From Candidatus Moraniibacteriota bacterium (GTDB lineage Bacteria > Patescibacteriota > Minisyncoccia > Moranbacterales > UBA1568), in the NCBI GenBank assembly GCA_013334575.1, contig JAAXXG010000001.1:208315-272314 (forward strand): a stretch of DNA of 64,000 nt, written 5' to 3'. Shown in pieces: positions 1 to 9,775 of this stretch. The notes beneath the pieces are model-generated. The model worked only from the letters and a program-made list of their open reading frames with translations. It did no database searches and was not told where the DNA came from. The position numbers and the translations under genes were made by a program. Numbering within the stretch: position 1 is the first letter of the stretch; every line of letters begins with the position of its first letter.

Positions 1-76
1 CATGAAATCATGTTTTCCGCAACCGGAAGAACCCCACAGGAGAACAGGGTCTTCGAAACGGCCATCTGCCTTACGA

Positions 77-1366
77 CTATTGCGGTCGTTCGGAAAACGC
101 GACGGAAACATCTTTCGTCTCCCCCTTGTGGAAGATCTTCAGCGTAACGGTATCCCCGACACGATGACCGGCGACCATGTCGCCGACCGTATGATCGGAA
201 TCGATCCTGGTCCCGTCTATCTCGAGGATGATATCGTTCTCAACGATACCCGCCTTATCGGCAGGCGACCCCGGAATCACCGCCAAGTCAGACGCTTTGG
301 TGCCACGGACCACGATCGCCCCGTACGAATACGGCAGCCCGTTCTCCCGCGCGACGGATTCGTCGATTGCCGCATAACGGACCCCCAGGTACGGGACGGA
401 AATCCTTCCGGTCGCCTTCACTTCCTCGATCACTTGTTTCACCTGATCGATAGGGATCGCGAATCCGATATTTTCGGCGTTCGCAGCGACCGCGACGTTG
501 ATGCCGATAACGCTGCCGGAAAGATCGAGTAACGGCCCCCCGGAATTACCAGGGTTGATCGCCGCGTCCGTCTGTATGATATCCGAGAGTGTCTCCTCGC
601 CCAGTCCGTACCCGCTCCCGGCGGTCACGTCGCGATTAAGGCCGGAAATGATTCCACGGGAAACGGAATTCGGAAACTCTCCAAGCGGATTACCGATCGC
701 GATCGCGGTCTGCCCGACCTTGAGCTTCGAAGAATCGCCGAGCGGCAGCGCGGTGAATCCGGCACCGCCGATCCGAAGCACCGCGATATCCTTCGTAGGC
801 GACTTGGCGAGCACCTTCGCCGGATACTCATTGCCACCGGAAACAACGACCGTATATTCGGCCGAATCATCTTCGACCACATGCTTGTTGGTGACAACGA
901 GTCCGTCCGACGAAACGAAGAATCCCGTCCCACTCGCGACCGCCCGCTTCTGAACGCTTCCGCGATCGCCGTTCCCGTCCGGAGAACCGTTCCTTCCTGA
1001 ACCGATACCAAGCCGTCCGAAAAAGAACGGCAGATCGCCGAGACTTCCGATATTCGAGACCTCTTTCGAAGCGACCACCGACACCACGGCGCCAGACGAC
1101 CGCTCGACGATTCCGACAATGGTCTCGTCGTCACCGGAAAGCGCCTCCGACACGGGATCGATCTTTTCCTCCGGCATCTGTTCGATTCCCGGGAATAACA
1201 CTTTCCTCACCTGCCGCTCAATGGACGGTCCGGACATTCCCGCAAGCAAAGCGATCACGATGACTCCGAGAAGTCGCGCGGCGGATTTCAGGCGTGTGGC
1301 GGAATTTCCGACTTGCGAAACCTCATTATTCCCACCCCCATTCGCATCAGTCATTTCCCGTTCCAT
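77..1366 (-). CDS. HtrA/DegP-family trypsin-like serine protease with C-terminal PDZ domain
   Basis: GTGF, TNKHVV, DIAVL, IQTDAAINPGNSGGPL motifs; PDZ (GSPADKAGI..DII); N-terminal TM helix. Confidence 0.93.
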   Translation of the reverse strand: MEREMTDANGGGNNEVSQVGNSATRLKSAARLLGVIVIALLAGMSGPSIERQVRKVLFPGIEQMPEEKIDPVSEALSGDDETIVGIVERSSGAVVSVVASKEVSNIGSLGDLPFFFGRLGIGSGRNGSPDGNGDRGSVQKRAVASGTGFFVSSDGLVVTNKHVVEDDSAEYTVVVSGGNEYPAKVLAKSPTKDIAVLRIGGAGFTALPLGDSSKLKVGQTAIAIGNPLGEFPNSVSRGIISGLNRDVTAGSGYGLGEETLSDIIQTDAAINPGNSGGPLLDLSGSVIGINVAVAANAENIGFAIPIDQVKQVIEEVKATGRISVPYLGVRYAAIDESVARENGLPYSYGAIVVRGTKASDLAVIPGSPADKAGIVENDIILEIDGTRIDSDHTVGDMVAGHRVGDTVTLKIFHKGETKDVSVAFSERPQ

Positions 1367-1504
1367 ACGATATTCGTTAATGTGTTACAGATCATCGGCG
1401 GCACAGCGAAAAATCGCGCACAATACCCTTACGCGGACGGATACGAACCAAAGGAAAAAAAGTTTTCATGCGTACCCGACCCGTTTCACCGACCGAAGCC
1501 GACG

Positions 1505-2581
1505 TCAGAAAATGACCGAAGCGTCGCCTTCTGAATTCCTCGCGAGGTTCGCTTCGAACTCACGCATCGATCGATCCCGGAACTCGACACGTGCAGCGTC
1601 CCGGTCCCATTCGTACGACGGAGACAGCACTCGGACCGGCATCATGCGCATCTCATCGGCAAGCCAATCGCCGAACGTCTGTTTCGGAACGAAAATCTGC
1701 GCCAACTGGACAAGATCCTTCCCGCTCTCGGCTTTTCGATCCTTCACGAGAAGAATATGGAATCCGAGACCGCTTTCGACAACGTCGCCGGGCTTCCCGA
1801 CCGCCTGATTCCCTGCCGCATCGCGAAGCGAGACATCCAGATCGTCGTACGAGAACCACCCCATGTCACCGCCGTCCCGAGCGGTCCTTCCGTCCGAAAA
1901 CTCCTCGGCGACATCTGCAAAATCCCTCCCGTCACGGAGACGTTTTTCGGCATTCTCGGCTTTTGCTCTCGCATCGGAAAACCGGGAAGTATCGGATTCG
2001 AACCGCTTCCGAAGCTCCTCCTCATACAAGGCCGGCTTCACTACCTTCCCGGTAAATTCGGAGATGTTCCAACCGTACAGCGTTTTCAGCCGACGTTCGA
2101 CGTCCTGAACGTCGTTTCCTTCCGTATTAAGCTGGTCCGAGACGGCCTTCTCCACCTCGTCATCGGAGATCGCGATCCCTTCCCGACGAGCTATGCGCCG
2201 AATCGCCTCGTTCTCGATCGCCCGATTGATGATCTCGCGTTCACGGACCATGAGGCGTTTCTTCCCGTCTTCGGTCGTGAAATCGACACGAAGGCCGACG
2301 GACGAGAAATCCTGACTCTCATAAAAACGTCGCACCGATGCGAGGTCCTCCGCGACGCTCCGAAAGCTCGCCGCCGGACTAGCCCCGACGGTCGCCAACG
2401 GAAACGGAAGCCGATCGGAAACGAACGACGTTAACGCCCACGAACGAGGCGCGACATAACAGGAAAGAAGACCGATGACCAGGAGAACCAACACGGCGCT
2501 TCCCGTTCCCAGAAACCAGGAACCGACCCGAAACGACTCCCAGTATTCCCGGACACGCTCCATGAATTTTCGAGGAATCAT
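1505..2581 (-). CDS. SurA/PrsA-like parvulin peptidyl-prolyl isomerase
   Basis: FADVAEEFSD..TARDGGDMGWF and GFHIL parvulin motifs, SurA N-domain, N-terminal TM; start trimmed to ATG 2581 (alt. 2563) to avoid overlap with the upstream gene. Confidence 0.85.
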   Translation of the reverse strand: MIPRKFMERVREYWESFRVGSWFLGTGSAVLVLLVIGLLSCYVAPRSWALTSFVSDRLPFPLATVGASPAASFRSVAEDLASVRRFYESQDFSSVGLRVDFTTEDGKKRLMVREREIINRAIENEAIRRIARREGIAISDDEVEKAVSDQLNTEGNDVQDVERRLKTLYGWNISEFTGKVVKPALYEEELRKRFESDTSRFSDARAKAENAEKRLRDGRDFADVAEEFSDGRTARDGGDMGWFSYDDLDVSLRDAAGNQAVGKPGDVVESGLGFHILLVKDRKAESGKDLVQLAQIFVPKQTFGDWLADEMRMMPVRVLSPSYEWDRDAARVEFRDRSMREFEANLARNSEGDASVIF

Positions 2582-2615
2582 ACATTTTTTCGTTAAGCCC
2601 TGATAATGGATAATA

Positions 2616-3020
2616 CTATCGAAACGGTCGGTCCGCCACACCGAAATAAGCGAACCATTTCCGATAATTCGGCGTCGAATCCGAAAGACGATCTCCATCA
2701 TCGCGTACGCCCGAACCGTCCAATGTCTCGGACCCGAGCACGGAACCGGTATCGACGGAAACCACCTCCTCGTCCCCCTTCTTCATATCGAGTTTTTCCT
2801 TCGCTTCCCGCTCTTGGAACGGCTCCGTCGAATAGTACGCGATCTTTTCCTCGATGGTGCGGTTCTCGTTCCGGATCCTCTCGGCCTCCTGCCGCAGAGA
2901 GTCGACCTCGGACTCGATCCGCCTTGAACGTTGCATCTCCTTCCATCCGGAGGAAAGCATCGCAACGGTTCCCAATGCGAGCACGACGACCAGCAGTTTC
3001 GCGAACAAAGGTACCCGCAT
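2616..3020 (-). CDS. Septum formation initiator (FtsB/DivIC family)
   Basis: N-terminal TM, coiled coil, EREAKEKLDMKKGDEEV motif. Confidence 0.8.
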   Translation of the reverse strand: MRVPLFAKLLVVVLALGTVAMLSSGWKEMQRSRRIESEVDSLRQEAERIRNENRTIEEKIAYYSTEPFQEREAKEKLDMKKGDEEVVSVDTGSVLGSETLDGSGVRDDGDRLSDSTPNYRKWFAYFGVADRPFR

Positions 3021-3035
3021 ATGCCAAAATCGCCG

Positions 3036-3149
3036 TTATCGGGAATAGAACACGGGTGCGAACAAGAACGCGACCATGGAGACGGCGACGATCGCGGAGG
3101 TGATTACCCAGAACAGGTAGAGCTTCTTGTGGCGCTTTCTGAACTCCAT
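3036..3149 (-). CDS. Small 37-aa single-pass membrane protein (not in ORF track)
   Basis: Manual translation MEFRKRHKKLYLFWVITSAIVAVSMVAFLFAPVFYSR*; basic N-terminus then hydrophobic helix; fills the gap between co-oriented genes; catATG start context. Confidence 0.7.
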   Translation of the reverse strand: MEFRKRHKKLYLFWVITSAIVAVSMVAFLFAPVFYSR

Positions 3150-3202
3150 ATGTTTCGCTCATGATACCAGAATTCCGACGTTTCCGGAACCCGGCCAAAA
3201 GA

Positions 3203-5278
3203 CTACGTCTCAGAAGAAGCGTCACCCCGGGACGGACGGTCCTGTCTCGTCGAACCGAGCAGATCGCGCACCGCGCCGAGGTCGGGCGCCGACCGCTCGC
3301 GGAGCGGACGGAACTTCTTCGGCGCGACAAGTGCTGCCCGGGAAAGCGAGATCGGAGCCTCTGCAGACACATAGCTTCTCGTTCCGGCCGGAGCCATCGG
3401 TCTTACGGGAGGCGCCGGGCGACGCGGCGCGACAGGACGGCTTGCGGACATCGTCGGCCGCTGACCCCCTTGCGGCCGCTCTTCCGGTTTCGCCTTCACG
3501 AGCGTGCGCTGATGATTCTTGAAACATTCCTTACAGTAAGTCGGACGTTTCCCGTCCGGCTGAAACGGGACGCGGATCTCCGACCCGCAGCTGTCGCAGA
3601 TCGCGGGATACATCGGACGGTCCTCGAAAGACGGCTTCGGGGGTTTGACGGGTTTCGTAGCCGCGGCAAGAAGCAGCTCCTCGTCCTCGTCCGGCACGAC
3701 GACCGGCTGCCGACGATGCAGCGGGACGGACTCCGTCACCTGTATCGGTTCTTCCGGCGACACTTTCTCGACCGCGTCTCGTCGACCGTCGTCATCCGAA
3801 ACGACGACGGAAGATGACATGGGAGAGAGCGGGGGCTCCGGCATCGCGACGGGAGCGGAGCTCATTACCGGAGCCACACGAGCAGGCGCCGACACGACCG
3901 GAGCCGAAACCGGAGACGGAGATACGGGCGCGGACACCTGTTCGGAAGGCAGGAGCCCCTTCTTCCGAAGCAGTTCGTTGCGTTCCTCTTCGGTCAGCAT
4001 TCCGCTCCACCGCCGTATCTTGTCCTCAACCTCCTTCTTCGAGGACGCATAGCGCTCACGCGAGATCCGGACGACCTTCTCCTCGTTTTCCCTCGTCTCC
4101 TCGAGTGAGATCGGCGGTAACACCGTCGCGGAGAACGCGTCTCCGGCGATGCCGTCGATCATGAGCTTGAGATAGATGTTGTACTTCGGCAGGTTCACGA
4201 TATCGTTCATCATGAAGACCGGCTCGAACTCCTTCTCGAGGACCTCGGCATCGGCAGCGCCGACGCGGAACGAGATAATCGTCCCGGCGTTTCCGAAGAT
4301 CGCGTCGGACACCTTCTCGTCGAGCTGCGCGATGTACTGGTTCGCAAGGATGAGATTGAGGTGGTATTTCCGGGCCTCGGAAAGGATGTTCGCGAAGGAT
4401 TCCGTCGCGAAGTTCTGGAACTCGTCGACGTAGAGGTAGAAGTCGTTTCGATCATCCTCGGGCATGTCGACACGCTCCATCGCGGCGAGCTGGATCTTCG
4501 TAATCATCATGGCCCCAATAAGGGCGCTCGCATCCTCGCCTATGCGCCCCTTCGAGAGGTTCATGATGAGGATCTTCCGGTTATCCATCACCTCGCGCAC
4601 GTCGAAGGACGACACCGTCTGACCGACGATGTTGCGGATGAGCGAGGTCGAGAGGAACTGACCGACCTTGTTCTGGATCGGCGAGATGACCTCCTGCAAC
4701 ACGCGGTCGTTCCATTTGGAGAATTCGTCCACCCAGAAAGCACGGACGACCGGATCGGAAACCTTGGCGACAACCCGTTCACGATAGTCCTTGTCGACCA
4801 GGATGCGAGTGACGCCGAGAAGCGTCGAACCGGGATACTCGAGCAGCGCGAGAATGGCGTTACGGAGGATGTACTCGAGCCGCGGACCCCACGAATCTGC
4901 CCAGAGCTTCTTGAACACGCCGACGAGACCCGATGCGACGAGATGCTGATACTCCGGATCGACCTTCTCCATCACGTTGAACGCGATCGGATACTCCTGG
5001 TCGGCCGGGTTGAAATAGATGACGTCGTTGATGCGTTCCGCGGGAATGGCCTTGATAAGCTTCTCGGCGGTATCGCCGTGCGGATCGATGAACGCGACGC
5101 CCTTCCCGTGCTTGATGTCCTGAATTGCCAGATTCTCGAGCAGGTTCGTCTTGCCCATACCGGTCTTGCCGATCACGTACATGTGACGGCGACGGTCGTC
5201 GGTCTTGATACCGAAAATCCGTTCCTGGTTCCGGAAGTTGGTCTTGGCGAAGAAACTGATTTCGTTCTGCTGCGGCAT
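3203..5278 (-). CDS. VirD4/TraD (HerA/FtsK superfamily) coupling-protein-like ATPase with C-terminal CxxC-x17-CxxC domain
   Basis: HMYVIGKTGMGKT Walker A, IDPHGD, LYVDEFQNF Walker B, SEARKY..LILANQ; P/A/S-rich linker; CDSC...VPFQPDGKRPTYCKEC. Confidence 0.88.
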   Translation of the reverse strand: MPQQNEISFFAKTNFRNQERIFGIKTDDRRRHMYVIGKTGMGKTNLLENLAIQDIKHGKGVAFIDPHGDTAEKLIKAIPAERINDVIYFNPADQEYPIAFNVMEKVDPEYQHLVASGLVGVFKKLWADSWGPRLEYILRNAILALLEYPGSTLLGVTRILVDKDYRERVVAKVSDPVVRAFWVDEFSKWNDRVLQEVISPIQNKVGQFLSTSLIRNIVGQTVSSFDVREVMDNRKILIMNLSKGRIGEDASALIGAMMITKIQLAAMERVDMPEDDRNDFYLYVDEFQNFATESFANILSEARKYHLNLILANQYIAQLDEKVSDAIFGNAGTIISFRVGAADAEVLEKEFEPVFMMNDIVNLPKYNIYLKLMIDGIAGDAFSATVLPPISLEETRENEEKVVRISRERYASSKKEVEDKIRRWSGMLTEEERNELLRKKGLLPSEQVSAPVSPSPVSAPVVSAPARVAPVMSSAPVAMPEPPLSPMSSSVVVSDDDGRRDAVEKVSPEEPIQVTESVPLHRRQPVVVPDEDEELLLAAATKPVKPPKPSFEDRPMYPAICDSCGSEIRVPFQPDGKRPTYCKECFKNHQRTLVKAKPEERPQGGQRPTMSASRPVAPRRPAPPVRPMAPAGTRSYVSAEAPISLSRAALVAPKKFRPLRERSAPDLGAVRDLLGSTRQDRPSRGDASSET

Positions 5279-5284
5279 AGGTTA

Positions 5285-6580
5285 TTAGTCCTCAAGAATA
5301 GGAAGGTTCGAAGGGGCCGACCCGCGCTTCGCTGAGACGCGAGTGAGCGCCGGCGCCATGACGGAAAGATCGGGCGGGTGAAAGATGGTCGCGAGCTCCT
5401 CGACGGAAAGCACGAACTGCTTGTCGGACGGGGTTCGGTCGCGGGTTCGGTACCGGGCATAGATACGACGCTGAAGAAAGCGCAGCCGCTCAGTCACGAA
5501 CAGATAGTCCGCCTGCGTCTTGGAAGCGCTCTCGGGCTTGAATCCGTTGAGGTTGTTATCCGAGAACTGCTTGAGGGCGCCGGTGAACATCGATACGAAC
5601 GTCTTCGTGAACCCCTCACGGAGCCCGAAATAGACCGCCCGCATCTTCACTCGGTACATCTGCTTCCCGATATTGCTCTCAAGCGCCTTCAACACCTCTT
5701 TCTCCCCCGGCGAAAGACGGAACTCGAGCGGCTGATCGCTTTTTTCCTCTTTCTTCGCCTTCTCGAATTCGGGAGTGGATACGAACGCCTTGAAGAGATT
5801 CCTGAGGATATCGGCGACATCTCCGAAAAACGCGGCGAGCGGTCCCTTCGATTCCTTCTTCGCCTTACCGAGGAAGACATCGATCGTCGCGCGACCCTTC
5901 TCCTTGTGCCAGCTATCCTTTTCGGGCGCGATGATAAGCTGCCACCAGAGATGCTGTCCCGGAGGAAGCTTCCCCATCAACTCTATGATGCTCGCCAGGG
6001 GATCGATCATCTTTCCGGTGACATCCTCCTCGAAGAACCGGTATGTCTTGATAGGATACAGATCCGGTTTCGTCAGCTCGAAATCCGAGCCCCACAGCTC
6101 GTACCGATCGTTCGGAATCATCTTCGGGGCGGACTCGACGTAATCGGGCACCTCGACGATTTCCAGATCGGGATACTGGGCGAAGAAGTTCGCCTCGACG
6201 AGGTTCCGGAAGACCGCCGGCGTCCGGACGTAGAAATGGACCGAACCGCCGTCGTTGGCGAATTCCAGACTGAACGCCGGAACAAACATGCCCTCGACGA
6301 ACGCCTCGTACGTATTATAGTTCTTGGCGACGCCGGCCATTCCCGAAAAGACCGACTCCATGAGTTTCGGACTTTTTTCAACCTCCCGAGGAGGGATGAT
6401 TTCGAGTAGGACGTACTTCACGCCGGATGCGTACAATCCCTGTGCGTGATCAAGCCAGATTTCGCGGAAAAGATGATAGAAGATCGGAGGAAGGACAAGA
6501 TACCACACCGCACCGAGAAGCGAGAACGCGTCTCCGACACTCCGATACAGGCTCGCGAAGGATGCAAGAAGGGCGTGCAT
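5285..6580 (-). CDS. Conserved hypothetical membrane-anchored protein, partner of the VirD4-like ATPase
   Basis: N-terminal TM, LLEIIPP, FSLE, AQYPD, DY motifs, C-terminal EELATIFHPP...APSNLP; 6 bp from the ATPase gene. Confidence 0.75.
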   Translation of the reverse strand: MHALLASFASLYRSVGDAFSLLGAVWYLVLPPIFYHLFREIWLDHAQGLYASGVKYVLLEIIPPREVEKSPKLMESVFSGMAGVAKNYNTYEAFVEGMFVPAFSLEFANDGGSVHFYVRTPAVFRNLVEANFFAQYPDLEIVEVPDYVESAPKMIPNDRYELWGSDFELTKPDLYPIKTYRFFEEDVTGKMIDPLASIIELMGKLPPGQHLWWQLIIAPEKDSWHKEKGRATIDVFLGKAKKESKGPLAAFFGDVADILRNLFKAFVSTPEFEKAKKEEKSDQPLEFRLSPGEKEVLKALESNIGKQMYRVKMRAVYFGLREGFTKTFVSMFTGALKQFSDNNLNGFKPESASKTQADYLFVTERLRFLQRRIYARYRTRDRTPSDKQFVLSVEELATIFHPPDLSVMAPALTRVSAKRGSAPSNLPILED

Positions 6581-6676
6581 GGCGGTCGTGGCCGGGAGCC
6601 GCGTCGTTGCGCGTCAGCCGTCCGGATGTTTCGTTTATCTTTCCGTCTTCCTTATGTTCCGGACGATCGTCCGGAC

Positions 6677-7741
6677 CTACTTCACCTTCACAGTATACCT
6701 GTCTTTCCCGACCTTGCCAAAGAAGGAATTCAGATTGATGACGATGGTCGATCGCTTCACGGTCCGGACCTTGAGCACTTCGTCGATGATCGCTTCCCGC
6801 GACATCGGCGACTTGGAACGGGAAAGGATCGCGGTGATAACGTCGCGAACGGTCCCCTTCTCGTATCCCCACTCGGCCAACGCATACAGACCGCGTCCTA
6901 CGAGAACGAACTTCTTATCCTTGATAAGCTCGTTATGGACGGTCTGCGGATGCGTAACCCGACCACGCTTCTGGAGACCGGCCTCGTCGATCCGTTTCGC
7001 GATCTCCTTGAAATGCATCGGCTCTCCGTGCATACGGAGAACAAGATAGGCCTTCTCCCGCGTCCCCCGCGGGGAGATCTCCCCGGATTCGGCAAGTCCC
7101 CATCGGCCGAACGGATTCCGTCTCACTACGGAAGAGACCGCGAGGTATCCGAAGAACGTCTTACGATCGACGCCTACCCCCCGTTTCTTGGCAGCAGCGA
7201 AGAACTCGTCCTCGGTCAGCACGCCCTCGGCATCCTTCACGACGGCGACAGCTGCCGAATGAACGTTCTCCCACTCGCCGAACGGGAATCCGGCAACCGC
7301 ATACGCGCGGACCCGGTTCTTTCCCTCGCGTTCCTCGCGCACGTTCCTCACGCACTCAAGGAAAAAGGAAAGGGCTCCGGCCTCCGCCTTCGAACCGCCG
7401 GCAAGATCGGCAAACAGGTCATCGACCGTCACGATACCGGAACGGTCCCGAACCGCCTTTTCGATCCGCTCCGCGACAGCTACGAACCCAGGATCTTCGC
7501 GACGCTGCTTCACGGACGTGAACGCCCCGGCAAGAATCTGGCGGACGCGCTCCCTCGTGATGCCGTACGTCTTCCCAATCGCCTCAAGCGTCTTCGGTTT
7601 CGCGCCGGAAAGTCCGAAACGGGCACGGACAATATCGTTCGTCCGAGGCAAAAACGACGCGGAAAATATCCCGAGAGCATCCGAAAACGGAGCATCCCCC
7701 TTCTCTGCCGCGGCAACGGCGCGGGATTTGACATTTGCCAT
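6677..7741 (-). CDS. Sigma70 region-4 HTH plus winged-HTH (RNAP delta/HARE-HTH-like) DNA-binding protein
   Basis: RFGL...TLEAIGKTYGITRERVRQI; PMHFKEIA..I, QTVHNELIKDKKFVLVGRGLYALAEWG. Confidence 0.8.
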   Translation of the reverse strand: MANVKSRAVAAAEKGDAPFSDALGIFSASFLPRTNDIVRARFGLSGAKPKTLEAIGKTYGITRERVRQILAGAFTSVKQRREDPGFVAVAERIEKAVRDRSGIVTVDDLFADLAGGSKAEAGALSFFLECVRNVREEREGKNRVRAYAVAGFPFGEWENVHSAAVAVVKDAEGVLTEDEFFAAAKKRGVGVDRKTFFGYLAVSSVVRRNPFGRWGLAESGEISPRGTREKAYLVLRMHGEPMHFKEIAKRIDEAGLQKRGRVTHPQTVHNELIKDKKFVLVGRGLYALAEWGYEKGTVRDVITAILSRSKSPMSREAIIDEVLKVRTVKRSTIVINLNSFFGKVGKDRYTVKVK

Positions 7742-8104
7742 ACGTGATATCGATTACACTCGAAGCGTTATCGCGACCCGCCAAATCCTCCATCGGTACG
7801 GCGGCAGCTGAAAGCGCTTCGAAGCGGCCAGTTACTACTAATATTACTATCGCATATTATAATACTTTGTCAAGTATCTGGTTATCAAAGGACGGAACGA
7901 TGGAAATTCGAGTCGGTTTCCTCGTCCGTCCGAATCCACGAATATGGAGCGCCGAGTGGGCTGGATCGACAGACCTCGGCAACGGTATAACAGGTACCCC
8001 TTGTCGACCGATTCCGATTCACGTATACTTAAGACAATATAAACAGTAGGAGGACGAGTCGCATCCGAAAAAAACGGAGAGCGATCGTACCACGAAAAGA
8101 AACT

Positions 8105-8956
8105 ATGAACACGGGGGATTATACCGACGACATCTCTCATGCCGCCGCCGATACGGCCATCAAGGTACAGGCGCTGCGCGACATGATCATGAACGCGGAA
8201 CGCACCATACAGGGAGCCAAGGCTATGCTCCTGCAGATCGAAGGAAAGAAGAAGACCGGCCGGCCGCGCAAGATCGAGGCCGGAGCGGATGAAGGCACCG
8301 TCGTTCAGGGAACGTTCGACGGCCAATCCATGCAGGGAGCGGACGGAAAACAGTATCCCGTCCCGGCAAACTACGCTTCGAAGTCGAAGCTCGTGGAAGG
8401 CGACATGCTCAAACTGACCATTACCCGGGACGGTTCGTTCATCTACAAGCAGATCGGTCCGGTGGAACGGAGGCACGTGATCGGGATCGTGACGCAGGAC
8501 GAACACGGAAACTTCGTCATCGTCGCCGACGGTCGCGGGTATCGCGTCCTGCTCGCTTCGGTAACCTATTTCAAGCTCGAACCGGGCGACGAGGTCGCCA
8601 TCCTGCTTCCGCGGGATCTTCAGGCGTCGTTCGCCGCCATCGAACACGTGCTTCAGAAGGGAGCGCTCGTTCCGGAAGAAACGCTCGATGCCGCCAGAAA
8701 CGCTACAAGCGCCGGAACCGCACGGATGGATACCTGGAAACAGGAACTCGGGCATCAGACCGAACCGGAAAGGACTGAAACCGTGCCGGAAACACCGACA
8801 ACACAGGTTCCCGTAAACGCGAACGAATCTTCGGACACGGGAGGCATCCTTGAAGAATGGATTCGCGAGATGGAGGCACTCGAAAAGGAGATCGCAGCCG
8901 AGGAAAATCGCACCGTGGATCAGGCGAATCAGAATATGCCCGCAAGCGGCCAGTAA
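8105..8956 (+). CDS. Conserved hypothetical protein with AT-hook-like motif
   Basis: N-terminal coiled coil, KKTGRPRK, GTFDGQ.M...DGKQYPVPANYASKSKLVEGD core, acidic tail. Confidence 0.75.
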   Translation: MNTGDYTDDISHAAADTAIKVQALRDMIMNAERTIQGAKAMLLQIEGKKKTGRPRKIEAGADEGTVVQGTFDGQSMQGADGKQYPVPANYASKSKLVEGDMLKLTITRDGSFIYKQIGPVERRHVIGIVTQDEHGNFVIVADGRGYRVLLASVTYFKLEPGDEVAILLPRDLQASFAAIEHVLQKGALVPEETLDAARNATSAGTARMDTWKQELGHQTEPERTETVPETPTTQVPVNANESSDTGGILEEWIREMEALEKEIAAEENRTVDQANQNMPASGQ

Positions 8957-8991
8957 CATTGAAAATCCTTATCCGATACCGCTGATCTCAT

Positions 8992-9648
8992 ATGAAAAAT
9001 CCTCTCGACCGGAAGGACTGGACATTCGGAGCCGTCATCGGACTCCTGATCGGCATCTTTTTCCTTCCCATTCTGAAGACGGCGTTTCCGGACCTTTTTC
9101 CCGTCCTCTCATACGCCGTCATCCCGTTCTTCTTCCTCGGCGCCCTTGCCGGTCTCTTCGTAAGCCGGCTCATCGGAACGAAGATTCCCGTCATCTGGCA
9201 GATCGCGAAATTCGGCCTCATCGGGGTGCTCAATTCCTTCATCGACCTCGGAGTCCTCTCGGGACTTTCGCTGATCGGGCGATCGGCATTATCGGTCGAC
9301 GGGGCGGACTCCATCATCCTGATCGGCGCCTTCGCGCTCACCTACTACATGGTCTTCAAGACGATCTCCTTCGTCGTATCGAACGCGAACAGCTACTTCT
9401 GGAACAAGCATTGGACCTTCGAGAGCGCGAAGAAGAAGATGGACCATGCGGGATTCCTCCAGTTCTTCGCGGTCAGCCTCATCGGATTGTTCGTAAACGT
9501 TGCGGTTTCAGCGACGGTCTATCAGCTCGGCGTCACGACCACCTCCCTTACGAGCGGACAGTGGGGTCTTCTCTCCGGTCTCGCCGGCATTTTCGCGGGG
9601 CTCGCCTGGAACTTCATCGGCTACAAATTCGTCGTCTTCAAGGACTGA
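8992..9648 (+). CDS. GtrA family membrane protein
   Basis: KFGLIGVLNSFIDLG, NSYFWNKHWTF, WNFIGYKFVVFK. Confidence 0.88.
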   Translation: MKNPLDRKDWTFGAVIGLLIGIFFLPILKTAFPDLFPVLSYAVIPFFFLGALAGLFVSRLIGTKIPVIWQIAKFGLIGVLNSFIDLGVLSGLSLIGRSALSVDGADSIILIGAFALTYYMVFKTISFVVSNANSYFWNKHWTFESAKKKMDHAGFLQFFAVSLIGLFVNVAVSATVYQLGVTTTSLTSGQWGLLSGLAGIFAGLAWNFIGYKFVVFKD

Positions 9649-9665
9649 TCTATCCGCCATGACCC

Positions 9666-9693
9666 GAAACCCTCCCCTTTCGGGAGGGTTTTC
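9666..9693 (+). terminator. Intrinsic terminator hairpin
   Basis: AAACCCTCCC-cttt-cGGGAGGGTTT immediately after the GtrA gene. Confidence 0.65.
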
Positions 9694-9775
9694 CGTTTGA
9701 TATACTGGAACGAAGCAAGTCGAAACACACGCCCAAACCGTTCGCCATAGGTCGCGCATCGATTATCGAAACCCT

